Assembly: GCA_965203555.1 (NCBI GenBank)
Contig: CBDBCY010000004.1
Location: 3,008,001 to 3,072,000, forward strand
DNA from: Acidimicrobiia bacterium
GTDB lineage: Bacteria; Actinomycetota; Acidimicrobiia; Spongiisociales; ZC4RG35
Reading direction: 5' to 3'
DNA: 64,000 nt
Shown: piece after piece, positions 19,226-28,600 of the stretch
Numbering within the stretch: position 1 is the stretch's first letter
Layout of the letters: every line of letters starts with the position of its first letter
Notes under the pieces: model-generated
Told to the model about the DNA's origin: nothing
Seen by the model: only the letters and a program-made list of their open reading frames with translations
The model's database searches: none
Program-made: the position numbers and the translations under genes

Positions 19226-20776
19226 ATGAGCATCACCAACATCGCCGGTGTCGCCCGGCATCATGCCGCCGTACAACCGGACAAGACCGCCCTGGTCTAT
19301 GGATCGGAAGAAATCACCTTCGCAGAACTGGACGCTCGTTCTAGCCGCGCCGCCAACGCCATGGCCGCGGCCGGGGTGGGCCACGGAGACCATGTGGGTT
19401 TCCTGGACAAGAACTGCATGGAGTTCTTCGACTTCTTGTTCGGGGCGGCGAAGCTGGGAGCGGTCCACGCCGGCATCAACTGGCGGCTTGCTCCCCGGGA
19501 GATCACCGGGGTGGTCAACGATGCCGAGATCAAACTGTTGATCGTCGGTGAGGAGTACGTTCCCGTTCTGGACGAGATCGTCGGCGACCTCCAGACGGTC
19601 GAGAAGATACTGGTGGTGGGTGACCACGATACCCACCAGTCCTTCGAGGAGTGGCGGGACAGCCATCCCTCCGACGATCCCGGAGGAGGCGCCGAGGGAG
19701 ACGACACCGTGTTCCTGCTGTACTCCTCGGGCACCACCGGGTTTCCCAAGGGGGTGATGATCCCCAACGACGCCTTCATGGAGTTGAAGCGGGCCTGCTC
19801 GCCGATGTGGGGCTTCGACGGCGACTCGGTGAACCTGGTCAACCTTCCCATGTTTCACATCGGAGGGGTGGGATGGTCGTGTCTGGGGTTGTACAACGGC
19901 AACACCTCGATCGTCGCCCGGGACAACATCCCGCAACTCCTGGTGGATCTCACCGTGAGCCACCGGGTCACCAACGCCTTCCTGGTCCCGGTGCTGCTCC
20001 AGTTCATGCTGACGGTGCCGGGTGTGGATGACGCGGATTTCTCGGCGCTGAAAACCATCGTCTACGGCGGGTCTCCCATTTCTGAAGAGGTGCTCAACAA
20101 GTCGATCGAGGTGCTGGGATGCGAATTCGCCGGCGCCTACGGTCTCACCGAGTCCTGCAACGGGGTCACCACACTGTTCCCGGACGAGCATGACCCGGGC
20201 GGTCCCTACGCCTACCGGATGCTGTCGGTGGGCCGCCCTCATCCCAACGTGGAACTCATGATCGTCGACCCGGTCTCGACCGAACCGCTGGGAGTCGACG
20301 AGGTGGGCGAGATCTGGCTGCGATCTGCGCAGTTGATGAGCGGTTACTGGAAGAATCCTGAGGCCACCGCCGAAACCGTCAATGCCGAGGGGTGGATGCG
20401 CACCGGTGACGCAGGGTCGGTCGACGCCGACGGGTACGTCTACATCCGGGACCGCATCAAGGACATGATCATCTCCGGTGGTGAGAACATCTATCCGGCC
20501 GAAGTGGAGAACGCTCTGATGGAACATCCCGGGATAGCGGATGTGGCGGTGATCGGGGTCCCGAGCGCCAAGTGGGGCGAGACGCCCCGGGCGGTCATCG
20601 TCGCCACCGGGGACGAGGCGCCGACCGAAGCCGAGATCATCGAGTTCTGCCGCAGCAGGATCGCCCACTACAAGTGCCCGAGTTCGGTGGGGACCATCGA
20701 CGCGATTCCCCGCAACCCGTCCGGGAAGATCCTCAAGGGCGATCTGCGGGACATGTACCTGGCCGAACAGGCCTAG
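19226..20776 (+). CDS. Long-chain acyl-CoA synthetase
   Basis: LYSSGTTGFPKG, YGLTE, GWMRTGD, DRIKDMIISGGENIYPAEVE, PRNPSGKILK. Confidence 0.9.
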   Translation: MSITNIAGVARHHAAVQPDKTALVYGSEEITFAELDARSSRAANAMAAAGVGHGDHVGFLDKNCMEFFDFLFGAAKLGAVHAGINWRLAPREITGVVNDAEIKLLIVGEEYVPVLDEIVGDLQTVEKILVVGDHDTHQSFEEWRDSHPSDDPGGGAEGDDTVFLLYSSGTTGFPKGVMIPNDAFMELKRACSPMWGFDGDSVNLVNLPMFHIGGVGWSCLGLYNGNTSIVARDNIPQLLVDLTVSHRVTNAFLVPVLLQFMLTVPGVDDADFSALKTIVYGGSPISEEVLNKSIEVLGCEFAGAYGLTESCNGVTTLFPDEHDPGGPYAYRMLSVGRPHPNVELMIVDPVSTEPLGVDEVGEIWLRSAQLMSGYWKNPEATAETVNAEGWMRTGDAGSVDADGYVYIRDRIKDMIISGGENIYPAEVENALMEHPGIADVAVIGVPSAKWGETPRAVIVATGDEAPTEAEIIEFCRSRIAHYKCPSSVGTIDAIPRNPSGKILKGDLRDMYLAEQA

Positions 20777-20788
20777 GGGAGCGGCGTT

Positions 20789-21706
20789 ATGCATCTGGGA
20801 GTGGTTTTCCCCCAGGTGGAGGTTGAGGCCGACCCGACCTTCGTGCGGGATTGGACGGAGACCGCCGAAGGCCTGGGCTACGACTCGATCCTCGCCTACG
20901 AGCATGTGTTGGGCGCCGACCCGTCCCGTCATACCCTGGTCGGTCCCTACACCCACGAAGACCCCTTTCACGAGCCTTTCGTGTTGTTCGGGTTCATGGC
21001 CGGGATCACCACCAGTATCGAGTTGTGGATGGGAGTGCTGGTGCTGCCGCAGCGGCAGACCGCCCTGGTGGCCAAGCAGGCGGCGACCCTGGACATCCTT
21101 TCGGGGGAGCGTTTCACCCTGGGGGTTGGTGTGGGTTGGAACCAGGTGGAATACCAGGTGCTGGGCCAGGATTTCAGCACACGGGGCCGACGGTTCGAAG
21201 AGCAGATCATGCTCCTGCGAGACCTTTGGGAGAACGATTTGGTCACCTTCGACGGTGAGTTCGATGAGGTAATGGCGGCCGGGATCAACCATCGCCCAAA
21301 CCGGCGTATCCCGCTGTGGATAGGGGGGTGGGCCGACCCGGTACTGAGGCGGATCGGTTACTGGGCGGACGGTTGGCTGGCCTCGGCCGGTTCTCCCAAG
21401 ACCGCTCACCTTCCCGATCGGACGGGCAACCCGGTGGGCTTGCGCAACCGGATGAGATTGGTGGAGACCGCCGCCCGGGAAAAGGACCGGGATCCCGCCG
21501 AGATCGGGGTGGGGATGCTCATCGGCGACGTGGGTTTCGAGGGGCTGGTCTCCTGGGATCCCGCCGAGTTCGCCCATCGCACCAGGGTGTGGACAGACGC
21601 CGGGGTGACCCATGCTTTCTTGGGAACGATCGGCCTGGACTTCACCCCCGGCCGGCACATCGCCGCCATGGAGGAATTCATGACGGAATACCGCAACGGC
21701 GGGTGA
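20789..21706 (+). CDS. LLM class F420-dependent oxidoreductase (Rv2161c-like)
   Basis: AEGLGYD...YEHV, VLVLPQRQTALVAKQAATLD.LS..R..LGVGVGWN..EY, IPLWIGG. Confidence 0.85.
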   Translation: MHLGVVFPQVEVEADPTFVRDWTETAEGLGYDSILAYEHVLGADPSRHTLVGPYTHEDPFHEPFVLFGFMAGITTSIELWMGVLVLPQRQTALVAKQAATLDILSGERFTLGVGVGWNQVEYQVLGQDFSTRGRRFEEQIMLLRDLWENDLVTFDGEFDEVMAAGINHRPNRRIPLWIGGWADPVLRRIGYWADGWLASAGSPKTAHLPDRTGNPVGLRNRMRLVETAAREKDRDPAEIGVGMLIGDVGFEGLVSWDPAEFAHRTRVWTDAGVTHAFLGTIGLDFTPGRHIAAMEEFMTEYRNGG

Positions 21707-21744
21707 TTGGTGGCCGCCGGCGCGGCGGATTACGGACCGGCCGG

Positions 21745-22732
21745 TCAGAAGTTCGGGGACAGTCCCGCCTCGCCCCGGTCGTCCATCGCCCGCTCCGAAC
21801 TGTGAATGCCTGTGTAGAGGTCGCGGTACTCCAGTGAGTCCTCGATAGCCTCGACCCGTCTGCGGATCTGACCGACGACGGCCGGCCCAGGCTGGAACTG
21901 TGCGGCGGTGTAATCAGCCACTGAGCAAGCTGCCGTGGTGATGGCTCTGAATTGCTCACCAGTGACCGTCGCGACGCGTTCGTAGCGGGCTTGCTGCTGC
22001 CAGTTGGCGAACTGCTCAAGCCCTACCGCCGCGATTCGCGTTTCTATCTGCGCCTTGTGGGATGCGGTGAGCTGGGAGACGAGCTTGCCAATGTCATGGC
22101 CCCCATGGTCGAGCGGTTGGCGCCCAAGCAAGACGAATCAGAGATTTCACGGCGGTCTCGACAGTGAGTTGCCCCGCGGCGCAGCCTAAAACGAGCCGAT
22201 GTTCAAACTCGGCGAAGGCGAGCATCGCGTCCCCCTCCTCCTCCAACTGCCGCTGGTAGAAAGAGGGCGTGAAGCTGGTTGCCAAGGTTCCGAGGGCACG
22301 TCCCATGTGGGACAATCGTTCCACCGATTCTTCGTAGTCGCTTCTGGGCATCACCATCTCTTTTTCCCAGTCGACTTTTGCCGGTTGGTTTTCTACGAGT
22401 ACCACCCCTTGCCTTTTTACGCGGCTCTCAAAGGAAGTCCGCACCTTCTCTGTCCGCATCTTCCATTCCGGCCAGTCCGTGACATGGATGTCCACGGCGC
22501 ATTCAACAGTAGAACTCGCAAGGCGGGCCAATCGTGCTGTGATCTCGTGTCGCCGGTAGTAATCGAGGTCGTCGTAGATAACCATCAGGTCGAGGTCGCT
22601 GTACCGATGAGCGTCGCCTCGCGCAACCGACCCGAACAATAAGATGCAACCGGCGCCAGTGTCGGCTAAGGCCTGGGCAGCCCGCTCAGCATCCGCCACA
22701 GTCGGAACGATCATCGGGTCAACGGTAACCAT
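21745..22732 (-). pseudogene. Fused nucleotidyltransferase (MNT)-HEPN protein with a +1 frameshift in a G5 run (22100-22104)
   Basis: N-part LFGSVARGDAHRYSDLDL; HEPN-like QLTVETAVKSL. Removing one G joins PW-GHDIGKL...QARYE into a 328-aa ORF. Confidence 0.75.
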
Positions 22733-22904
22733 CAAACCCCCTCCTTCAGAACGGTTGCATCCGCCAGGCCCGAATTCTACCCAGCGCCCGCCCCGGTGGT
22801 AGGCCAGATCCGCATCCTCGGTCGACACCGGTGCGCCCTGTGTCTGAGCACCGCAACTCCCCCAGCATGACGAAGTCGATCTTTTGAGCTAGATTGAAGA
22901 GCAC

Positions 22905-23336
22905 ATGAAACAGATCCCGGTACTGGAAGGCGCATTCGTCTCCGATCCTGAGCCCGCCTTGGTGGGAAGCCGCTGCCGGTCCTGCGATACGGTGGCCTTC
23001 CCGGCCAGCTTTACCTGTCCCAATCCCCGCTGCATGCAAAAGGAGGTGGCGCCCGCCCCTCTTTCCCGCACCGGGCGGCTGGCCAGCTGGACTACCGTCC
23101 ACTTTCCGCCTCCGCCGCCCTTCGTTGCGCCCGATCCCTTCGTCCCGATCACAGTGGTGGAAGTGGAATTCGCCTCAGAGGGTATCCAGGTGGTGGGCCC
23201 TCTGGCCGGGGCCTCGGCCGATCAACTGGAGATGGGCATGCCGATGGAGACGGTGGTGGACTCCTACTACGCCGACAGCGATGGAGAAGTGATCGGCTGG
23301 AAGTTCCGGCCCATGGAGGCGAGCAACGATGACTGA
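22905..23336 (+). CDS. Zn-ribbon/OB-fold (DUF35) protein
   Basis: GSRCRSCDTVAFP...CPNPRC, G.L.SWT, LEMGMPME. Overlaps the thiolase start. Confidence 0.88.
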   Translation: MKQIPVLEGAFVSDPEPALVGSRCRSCDTVAFPASFTCPNPRCMQKEVAPAPLSRTGRLASWTTVHFPPPPPFVAPDPFVPITVVEVEFASEGIQVVGPLAGASADQLEMGMPMETVVDSYYADSDGEVIGWKFRPMEASNDD

Positions 23337-24525
23337 TGTGATAGTGGCCGGAGTGGGTCTTCACCCCTGGGGGAAGTTCCCCTACAAGAGTTGGGTGGAG
23401 ATGGGCGCCGAGGTGGCGCTTGAGGCGGTGAAGGATGCCGGTGTCGAATGGACTGATGTGCAAGCCATGGTCTCGGGCGCCATGCAGTGGGGAGGATCGA
23501 CCGGCATGAGGTCGGGGAACACCATCTCGGCGGCGTTGGGAGAAACAGGGGTCCCCATCGCCAACATCAACAACGCCTGTGCCTCGGGTGGGTCTTTGAT
23601 GAGGGCCGCCTATGCGATGATCACCTCGGGGATGCACGAGTCGGTACTGGTGATCGGGACGGACAAGTCCCCCAAGGGGTATTTTCCCAGTGTCCCGGTG
23701 CTGGCCGACGAGCCCCAGCCGCCGGTGGACATGGTGCGCTGGCAGGTGGGAGTCCCCAATCCCGCCTATTGGGCGTTGGAGATGCGCAAGCGAATGGAGG
23801 CTTACGGTTCCACCGAGGAGCACCTCGCCAAGGTGAAGGTGAAGAACTCCAAGCACGGCGCCCTCAATCCCTTTGCCCGGTATCGCAAGGAGTTCAGCAT
23901 CGAGCAGGTGCTGGCCTCGCCCATGGTGTGCGACCCACTTCGCCTGCTGGAGATCTGCGCCACTTCCGACGGGGCGGCGGCCGTCCTGTTGGTGAGCGAC
24001 GCCAAGGCCCGCCAGTTGAGCGTCAACCCTATGGTGAAGGTGGCGGCCTGCTCCCTTGCCAGCGGCGAATTCGGCGATCCCACCATCCGCATTCCCCTGC
24101 TGTCGGCCGCCTCCGACGAAGCCGCCACCGCGCCGCTGCTCTCTGAGAGTCGCTTGGCGGCCCAGATGGCCTACGAGCAGGCCGGACTGGGACCCGAGGA
24201 CATGGATTTCGTGGAACTGCCCGACAACTCCTCCTGGCACGAACTCCAATACCTGGAGACCATGGGGTTTTGCGATGAGGGTGAGGCCGAGCAACTCCTG
24301 GACAAAGGCGCCACCACTCTCGGCGGAGAACTGCCCGTCTGTCCCAGCGGAGGATTTTCATCCTTCGGTGAGGCGACCATGGCCCAGGGAATCCTCCAGA
24401 TAGTCGAAGTGACCTGGCAGTTGCGCGGCACCGCGGGTGCCCGCCAAGTGGAAGGAGCCCGCAAAGCCATCACCGAGGTCTACGGCGCCCAGGCCAACAA
24501 CTCCGCCTGCATCCTGACCACCTAA
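23329..24525 (+). CDS. Thiolase / lipid-transfer protein (SCP2-type)
   Basis: NINNACASG, KNSKHGALNPFA, CATSDGAAA, LPVCPSGG, QLRGTAGARQVEGAR. Confidence 0.88.
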   Translation: MTDVIVAGVGLHPWGKFPYKSWVEMGAEVALEAVKDAGVEWTDVQAMVSGAMQWGGSTGMRSGNTISAALGETGVPIANINNACASGGSLMRAAYAMITSGMHESVLVIGTDKSPKGYFPSVPVLADEPQPPVDMVRWQVGVPNPAYWALEMRKRMEAYGSTEEHLAKVKVKNSKHGALNPFARYRKEFSIEQVLASPMVCDPLRLLEICATSDGAAAVLLVSDAKARQLSVNPMVKVAACSLASGEFGDPTIRIPLLSAASDEAATAPLLSESRLAAQMAYEQAGLGPEDMDFVELPDNSSWHELQYLETMGFCDEGEAEQLLDKGATTLGGELPVCPSGGFSSFGEATMAQGILQIVEVTWQLRGTAGARQVEGARKAITEVYGAQANNSACILTT

Positions 24526-24577
24526 GTCGAGCCGGCACCCACGAATGAGGATGGCGGATCCCTGAAACTCCACGACC

Positions 24578-24760
24578 GAGATCCTTGTCTCGCCATACGA
24601 GTTGGGGATCAAGATCAGGATTGTGTGGCTGGTAGGCGACTGGGAATTGGACTCCGGTCCTCATCTGCCAGCACTTCCTGGTACTCGGCGGTGGAGTGTG
24701 AATTCGCGACGCATCGTCGTGGGTGAGGGTCGCTACAAGCTTCGGTTTGCGCTTTGCCAC
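24578..24760 (-). pseudogene. Decayed N-terminal remnant of a type III-like (Mod) DNA methyltransferase
   Basis: With two compensating frameshifts it reads MAKRKPKLVATLTHDDASR..PTAEYQEVLADEDRSPI.VAYQPHNPDLDPQLVWRDKD. I recognise TLTH..A.R...PTAEY and DLDPQLVW.GKD as the N-terminus of a common Mod-type MTase family. The rest of the gene is absent. Confidence 0.6.
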
Positions 24761-24763
24761 GTA

Positions 24764-24979
24764 TCACCTTGCCTTGGTGGTTCGTAGCGGTAACGAGTTG
24801 GTTTCCAATGTCGAGAGGTCCAAACGCGCCGCGGCATGATTGATGTCGAATCCAACCACTTGGCCGCTCGCGTCGAGATCGACGTTGAGTCCGTCTGCGA
24901 CCTCAAGGGTTTCTGCGCTCGGTGTTGCCTTGAACTCAACGTAGAGGCTGTCGGTCTCGGGATAGTAACGAAGTTTCAT
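24764..24979 (-). CDS. DUF2283 family small protein (antitoxin-like)
   Basis: MKLRYYPETDSLYVEF...EVADGLNVDLDASGQVVGFDI matches the Y..E.D.LY / D.D..G.VVG.E/DI pattern. Confidence 0.85.
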   Translation of the reverse strand: MKLRYYPETDSLYVEFKATPSAETLEVADGLNVDLDASGQVVGFDINHAAARLDLSTLETNSLPLRTTKAR

Positions 24980-25173
24980 GAGTCGTCCTTTCGGTAACGT
25001 CGGTCGAAGACGGCATTGTGGATAGTCTCTCCGTCAGCCAAAGTGATCACTGGTAGAAAACCGGGGGGCGGTCCTGTCAGAGTACATAACCTCATCCCAG
25101 AACGAATGGGCCCGTCTGGCTGCTCGTCTCGCCAGGCGCCGATTCGACAATCGTAACCTCTGGCGGAAATCAT
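24976..25173 (-). pseudogene. Degenerate RelE/DUF4258-like toxin partner of DUF2283
   Basis: EQPDG.IR, then FW in an alternative frame, then VITLADGETIHNAVFDRRY. Internal compensating frameshifts, eroded N-terminus, ATGA overlap with the DUF2283 gene. Confidence 0.55.
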
Positions 25174-25457
25174 CTAAGAGCCTTTTCTTTACAAGGGCCG
25201 CGACTGCTCGCTTACCGATATCGAGGCCGCCTCATCCTGCCATCCGGATTCAAGGCTCGGCCACTTCCCACGGGTAGGCAGAGAATGCCCGTAGGTCCTT
25301 CGGTGGCTCTGGCGCACATCACCAGCGTCAAACGATTTGGAGGCAATTCAACTTCTGGAACTCCCGGGCCCGGGCCGAATGCCTTCTCCTTCTCCATTCC
25401 TGTGGTGCTGTCACAGTCTGGTCCTATCGTGTTGGGAGAGCAACAAGGGCGGATAAT

Positions 25458-27857
25458 TTGCTTCAGCAAGAGGTATTGAAGGAACTGGAGAGACTGGAGG
25501 CCAATGGTCGAACGGTCGATTTGGTGCTGGCCGCGATGGAAGGGGAGGAGGGCGTGGAGAGGGTGCTCACAGGGGGAACACCGACTGGCGCCGCGCCTGG
25601 GGACACCGTTGGCGACGATGGGTTGCCCGGTGTCTACCTGGAGAGTGTCACCGTGTGCGGGTTTCGGGGGATCGGGCCGGAGACGACCCTGGAGATACCG
25701 CCCGGCCCCGGTTTGACAATCGTGACAGGACGCAACGGTTCCGGCAAGTCCAGTTTTGCCGAGGCGCTGGAGGTGCTGCTGACCGGTGACACCCTTCGTT
25801 GGTCCGAAAAGAGAGGACCCTGGAAGGAAGGTTGGAAGAACCTCCATCACACCTCTCCTCCCAGGATCGCCGCCCGCTTCCAGGTGGAGGGCAAGAGAGG
25901 ACTGACCACTGCCGCAGCAACCTGGCCCGAGGGCGCCGATTACGGAGGGGTTCGCCGGACAGCCCAACACCATGGAGAGCGGCGCACCGACCTCGCAGGT
26001 GTCGGTTGGGAGGTTCCTCTGGATCTCTACCGGCCGCTGCTGTCCTACAACGAACTTGGGGTCATCGGCGCCGGACCTACCGCTCTCTTTGACGCTCTCA
26101 CCGCGGCCCTGGGTCTGGAATCTCTCCGCGGGGCTCGCAAACCCCTGTCCCAGGCCCGTCTGGCGCGGACCAGGCTCGACAAAGAGGTGACGAGGGAGCG
26201 GTTGGATCGCCTGCTGCCGGCGCTCAAGGCCATGGAGGACCCCCGGGCCGAAGCGGCCGTGGCGGCGCTCAACAAGAGAAGACGCGATCTCGATGAACTG
26301 GCCAGACTCGGTTCCGAGCCCGGTCCAGAGCAGGGTTCCCTGCGAAGACTGGCAAAACTGAAACCACCGGACCAGGAGGAGGTTCTGCGGATCGGCGCCG
26401 AACTGGAAGAGTCCCACTCGCTGGTTTCGGGGCTTCGGGGCGGTGAAGCGGAGCAGGCCGAGAGCCTGGCCAGCTTGCTCGAACAGGCGCTTGAACATCA
26501 TCGGCGACACGGCGATGAACCGTGTCCGGTCTGCGGAGTCGGAACCCTCGACCCCGATTGGCGGCGGTCCACCCAAGAGCAGGCGAAAATGTTGAATCAG
26601 CAGGCGGCCCGGTACCGGAGGGCTGCGAAGAGACGCGATCGGGCTTTGCAGGCTGCCCGGGGTCTGGTCGCCGTTCCTTCCATCCCCTCCGCAGACGCCA
26701 TCGACACTTCCCCTCTCCACGCTGCCTGGAGGCGCTGGGGGTCGCTGCCGGCCGACGCCGCCGAGGTCCCCGAGCATCTGCTGGCGGGTTACGAAGAGGT
26801 GGCGCGGGAGGCGGCCGCGGTGGCCGAACAGGCCGCTCCGTTGCATTCGGAACGGGAGGAGAAGTGGGCGCAAGTGTCGCCCGACCTGATGGCCTGGGTG
26901 GCCAAGGCCCGCCGGGCGGAGGAGTCGATGGAGGCGGTGGGCGCCATCCAGGATGCCGAAAAGGCCTTGAAGGAGGTGACGGAGGCGTTGCGCAATGCTC
27001 GGTGGGCGCCGATCGAGTCCGAAGCGCTTGGCCTCTGGAAAGACCTTCGTCTGCAGAGCAATGTCGATCTGCGCTCGGTGAAACTGGCCGGATCCGGAAC
27101 CTGGCGCCGGGTGGAACTCACCGTGGAGGTTGACGGAACGGAAGCGCCGGCGCTGGCGGTGGTCAGCCAGGGAGAACTCAGTTGTCTCGCCCTGTCGCTG
27201 TTCTTCCCCCGCGCCACCCTGGCGGACAGTCCCTTCCGGTTCCTGGTGATCGATGACCCGGTGCAGGCCATGGATCCCGCCCGGGTGGACGGATTGGCCG
27301 CGGTCTTCGACCGAATTGCCCAGGAGCGCCAACTGGTGGTGTTCACCCATGATGATCGCCTGCCCGAGTCGCTCCGGCGCATGAAGATCGCCCACACCTG
27401 CAAGAAGGTGACCCGCCGTCCCGGATCTGTCATAGAGGTGGCGGACAGCCGGGATCCTGTGAAGCAGTACTTTAGCGACGCCCGCAGCCTGATCAGCGAT
27501 GACGCCCTCCCCGACAATCTGGCCAGACGGGTGATACCGGGAATCTGCCGCAACGGATTGGAAGCCGCCTGCATCGAAGCGGTGCGACGGCGGCGGTTGG
27601 GGCAGGGCGAGGATCACGCCGCGGTTGAAGGTGCATTGGAAAGAGCCCACAAACTGACTCACAAGGCGGCCCTGGTCCTGTTTGACGACATGAAGGAAAG
27701 CGGCAATGTGTCAGACCGTATCAGACACCAGTGGGGAGCCAGTTTCGAGAACGCATTCTGGGGGGCCAACAAAGGGGCACACCGGTCGTACGGAGGCAAC
27801 CTTTCTCAACTCATTGGCGACTGCCGCGAACTGGCAGAGCAGCTTCGTCGCCTATGA
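25458..27857 (+). CDS. Rad50/SbcC-type ABC ATPase with coiled coil, zinc hook and C-terminal HEPN-like domain
   Basis: GFRGIG, Walker A GRNGSGKS, CPVC hook, signature VSQGE, Walker B/D-loop FLVIDDPVQAMD, H-loop FTHD. Tail has CRNGLE...ANKGAH. Confidence 0.85.
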   Translation: MLQQEVLKELERLEANGRTVDLVLAAMEGEEGVERVLTGGTPTGAAPGDTVGDDGLPGVYLESVTVCGFRGIGPETTLEIPPGPGLTIVTGRNGSGKSSFAEALEVLLTGDTLRWSEKRGPWKEGWKNLHHTSPPRIAARFQVEGKRGLTTAAATWPEGADYGGVRRTAQHHGERRTDLAGVGWEVPLDLYRPLLSYNELGVIGAGPTALFDALTAALGLESLRGARKPLSQARLARTRLDKEVTRERLDRLLPALKAMEDPRAEAAVAALNKRRRDLDELARLGSEPGPEQGSLRRLAKLKPPDQEEVLRIGAELEESHSLVSGLRGGEAEQAESLASLLEQALEHHRRHGDEPCPVCGVGTLDPDWRRSTQEQAKMLNQQAARYRRAAKRRDRALQAARGLVAVPSIPSADAIDTSPLHAAWRRWGSLPADAAEVPEHLLAGYEEVAREAAAVAEQAAPLHSEREEKWAQVSPDLMAWVAKARRAEESMEAVGAIQDAEKALKEVTEALRNARWAPIESEALGLWKDLRLQSNVDLRSVKLAGSGTWRRVELTVEVDGTEAPALAVVSQGELSCLALSLFFPRATLADSPFRFLVIDDPVQAMDPARVDGLAAVFDRIAQERQLVVFTHDDRLPESLRRMKIAHTCKKVTRRPGSVIEVADSRDPVKQYFSDARSLISDDALPDNLARRVIPGICRNGLEAACIEAVRRRRLGQGEDHAAVEGALERAHKLTHKAALVLFDDMKESGNVSDRIRHQWGASFENAFWGANKGAHRSYGGNLSQLIGDCRELAEQLRRL

Positions 27858-28237
27858 GCAGGGACTTGATCGACCATGCTCATCGACTGATCAGGGCCAC
27901 AGAGACCTATGAAGTGGTGTGGCCCCGGGCAGTCGCCCTGCTCACCCGTCAGGCCTTGGAGGAAGCACTGGCCGATCTTTGGAGGTACCCCTACCCGGGT
28001 ATGGAGGATGCCAGTTGGTCGACTCAACTGGCCTGCTTGGACGAGGTGCTGGACGACGACACCCTGGTTGGCGAAATCCGAATGGCATGGGTCTGGCTGA
28101 GCCGGGCCTGTCACCATCACCACTACGAGTTGGATCCCACCGCCGCGGAACTGGATCGGTGGATACGGCAGACTGAGCGACTGGTGACAGTGGTTGCCGG
28201 TGGGACTGCTGAGTCTCGTCGGGACCTCCCCGGCTAG
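27854..28237 (+). CDS. Small helical HEPN-like protein coupled to the ATPase
   Basis: ATGA overlap with the ATPase stop. 127 aa with WPRAVALLTRQALE and LSRACHHHHYEL. Confidence 0.7.
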   Translation: MSRDLIDHAHRLIRATETYEVVWPRAVALLTRQALEEALADLWRYPYPGMEDASWSTQLACLDEVLDDDTLVGEIRMAWVWLSRACHHHHYELDPTAAELDRWIRQTERLVTVVAGGTAESRRDLPG

Positions 28238-28249
28238 CATCCCATCTGT

Positions 28250-28555
28250 ATGAGCCGTATAGCTGTGGTCGCCAAGCTGGTGGCTGCCGAGGGTAAACGA
28301 GAGGAACTGCGGGAGCGGTTGACCGAGCACTTTTCCAGGGTGGAGGATGAAGAGGGGACGCTGGTTTTCTCCTGGCAGGTCGACTTTCGCAACCCCGACG
28401 CGTTCTGGGCTTACGAGGTGTATGCCAGCCGGGAAGCCTTGGCGGCCCATGCCGAATGGGCGGCCGGAGCGGTGGAGGAGATGGCCGGACTGCTGGCTTC
28501 GCCGCCGGAGGTCTCCTTTTGCAGGCCGCTGATGGCCAAGGGCCTTCCCGAGTGA
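28250..28555 (+). CDS. Antibiotic biosynthesis monooxygenase (ABM) family protein
   Basis: 101 aa, AEGKREEL, EEGTL, FWAYEVYASREALAAH. Confidence 0.85.
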   Translation: MSRIAVVAKLVAAEGKREELRERLTEHFSRVEDEEGTLVFSWQVDFRNPDAFWAYEVYASREALAAHAEWAAGAVEEMAGLLASPPEVSFCRPLMAKGLPE

Positions 28556-28600
28556 CACCGTCTTCCTAACTCACCTCTGCCCTATTGGGACGGAATGCAG

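Noticed and set aside
19208-21658. Very long antisense or alternative-frame ORFs (for example 19208..21658 -, 25212..27662 -, 13488..15449 -, 16186..17769 -, 50437..52053 -)
   Set aside because: They shadow well-supported genes, have no motifs, and are expected from stop-codon scarcity in high-GC DNA.
25458-27857. Housekeeping SbcC/RecN/SMC
   Set aside because: No SbcD, ScpAB or hinge domain, a degenerate SQGE signature, an extra C-terminal domain and a coupled unknown partner.
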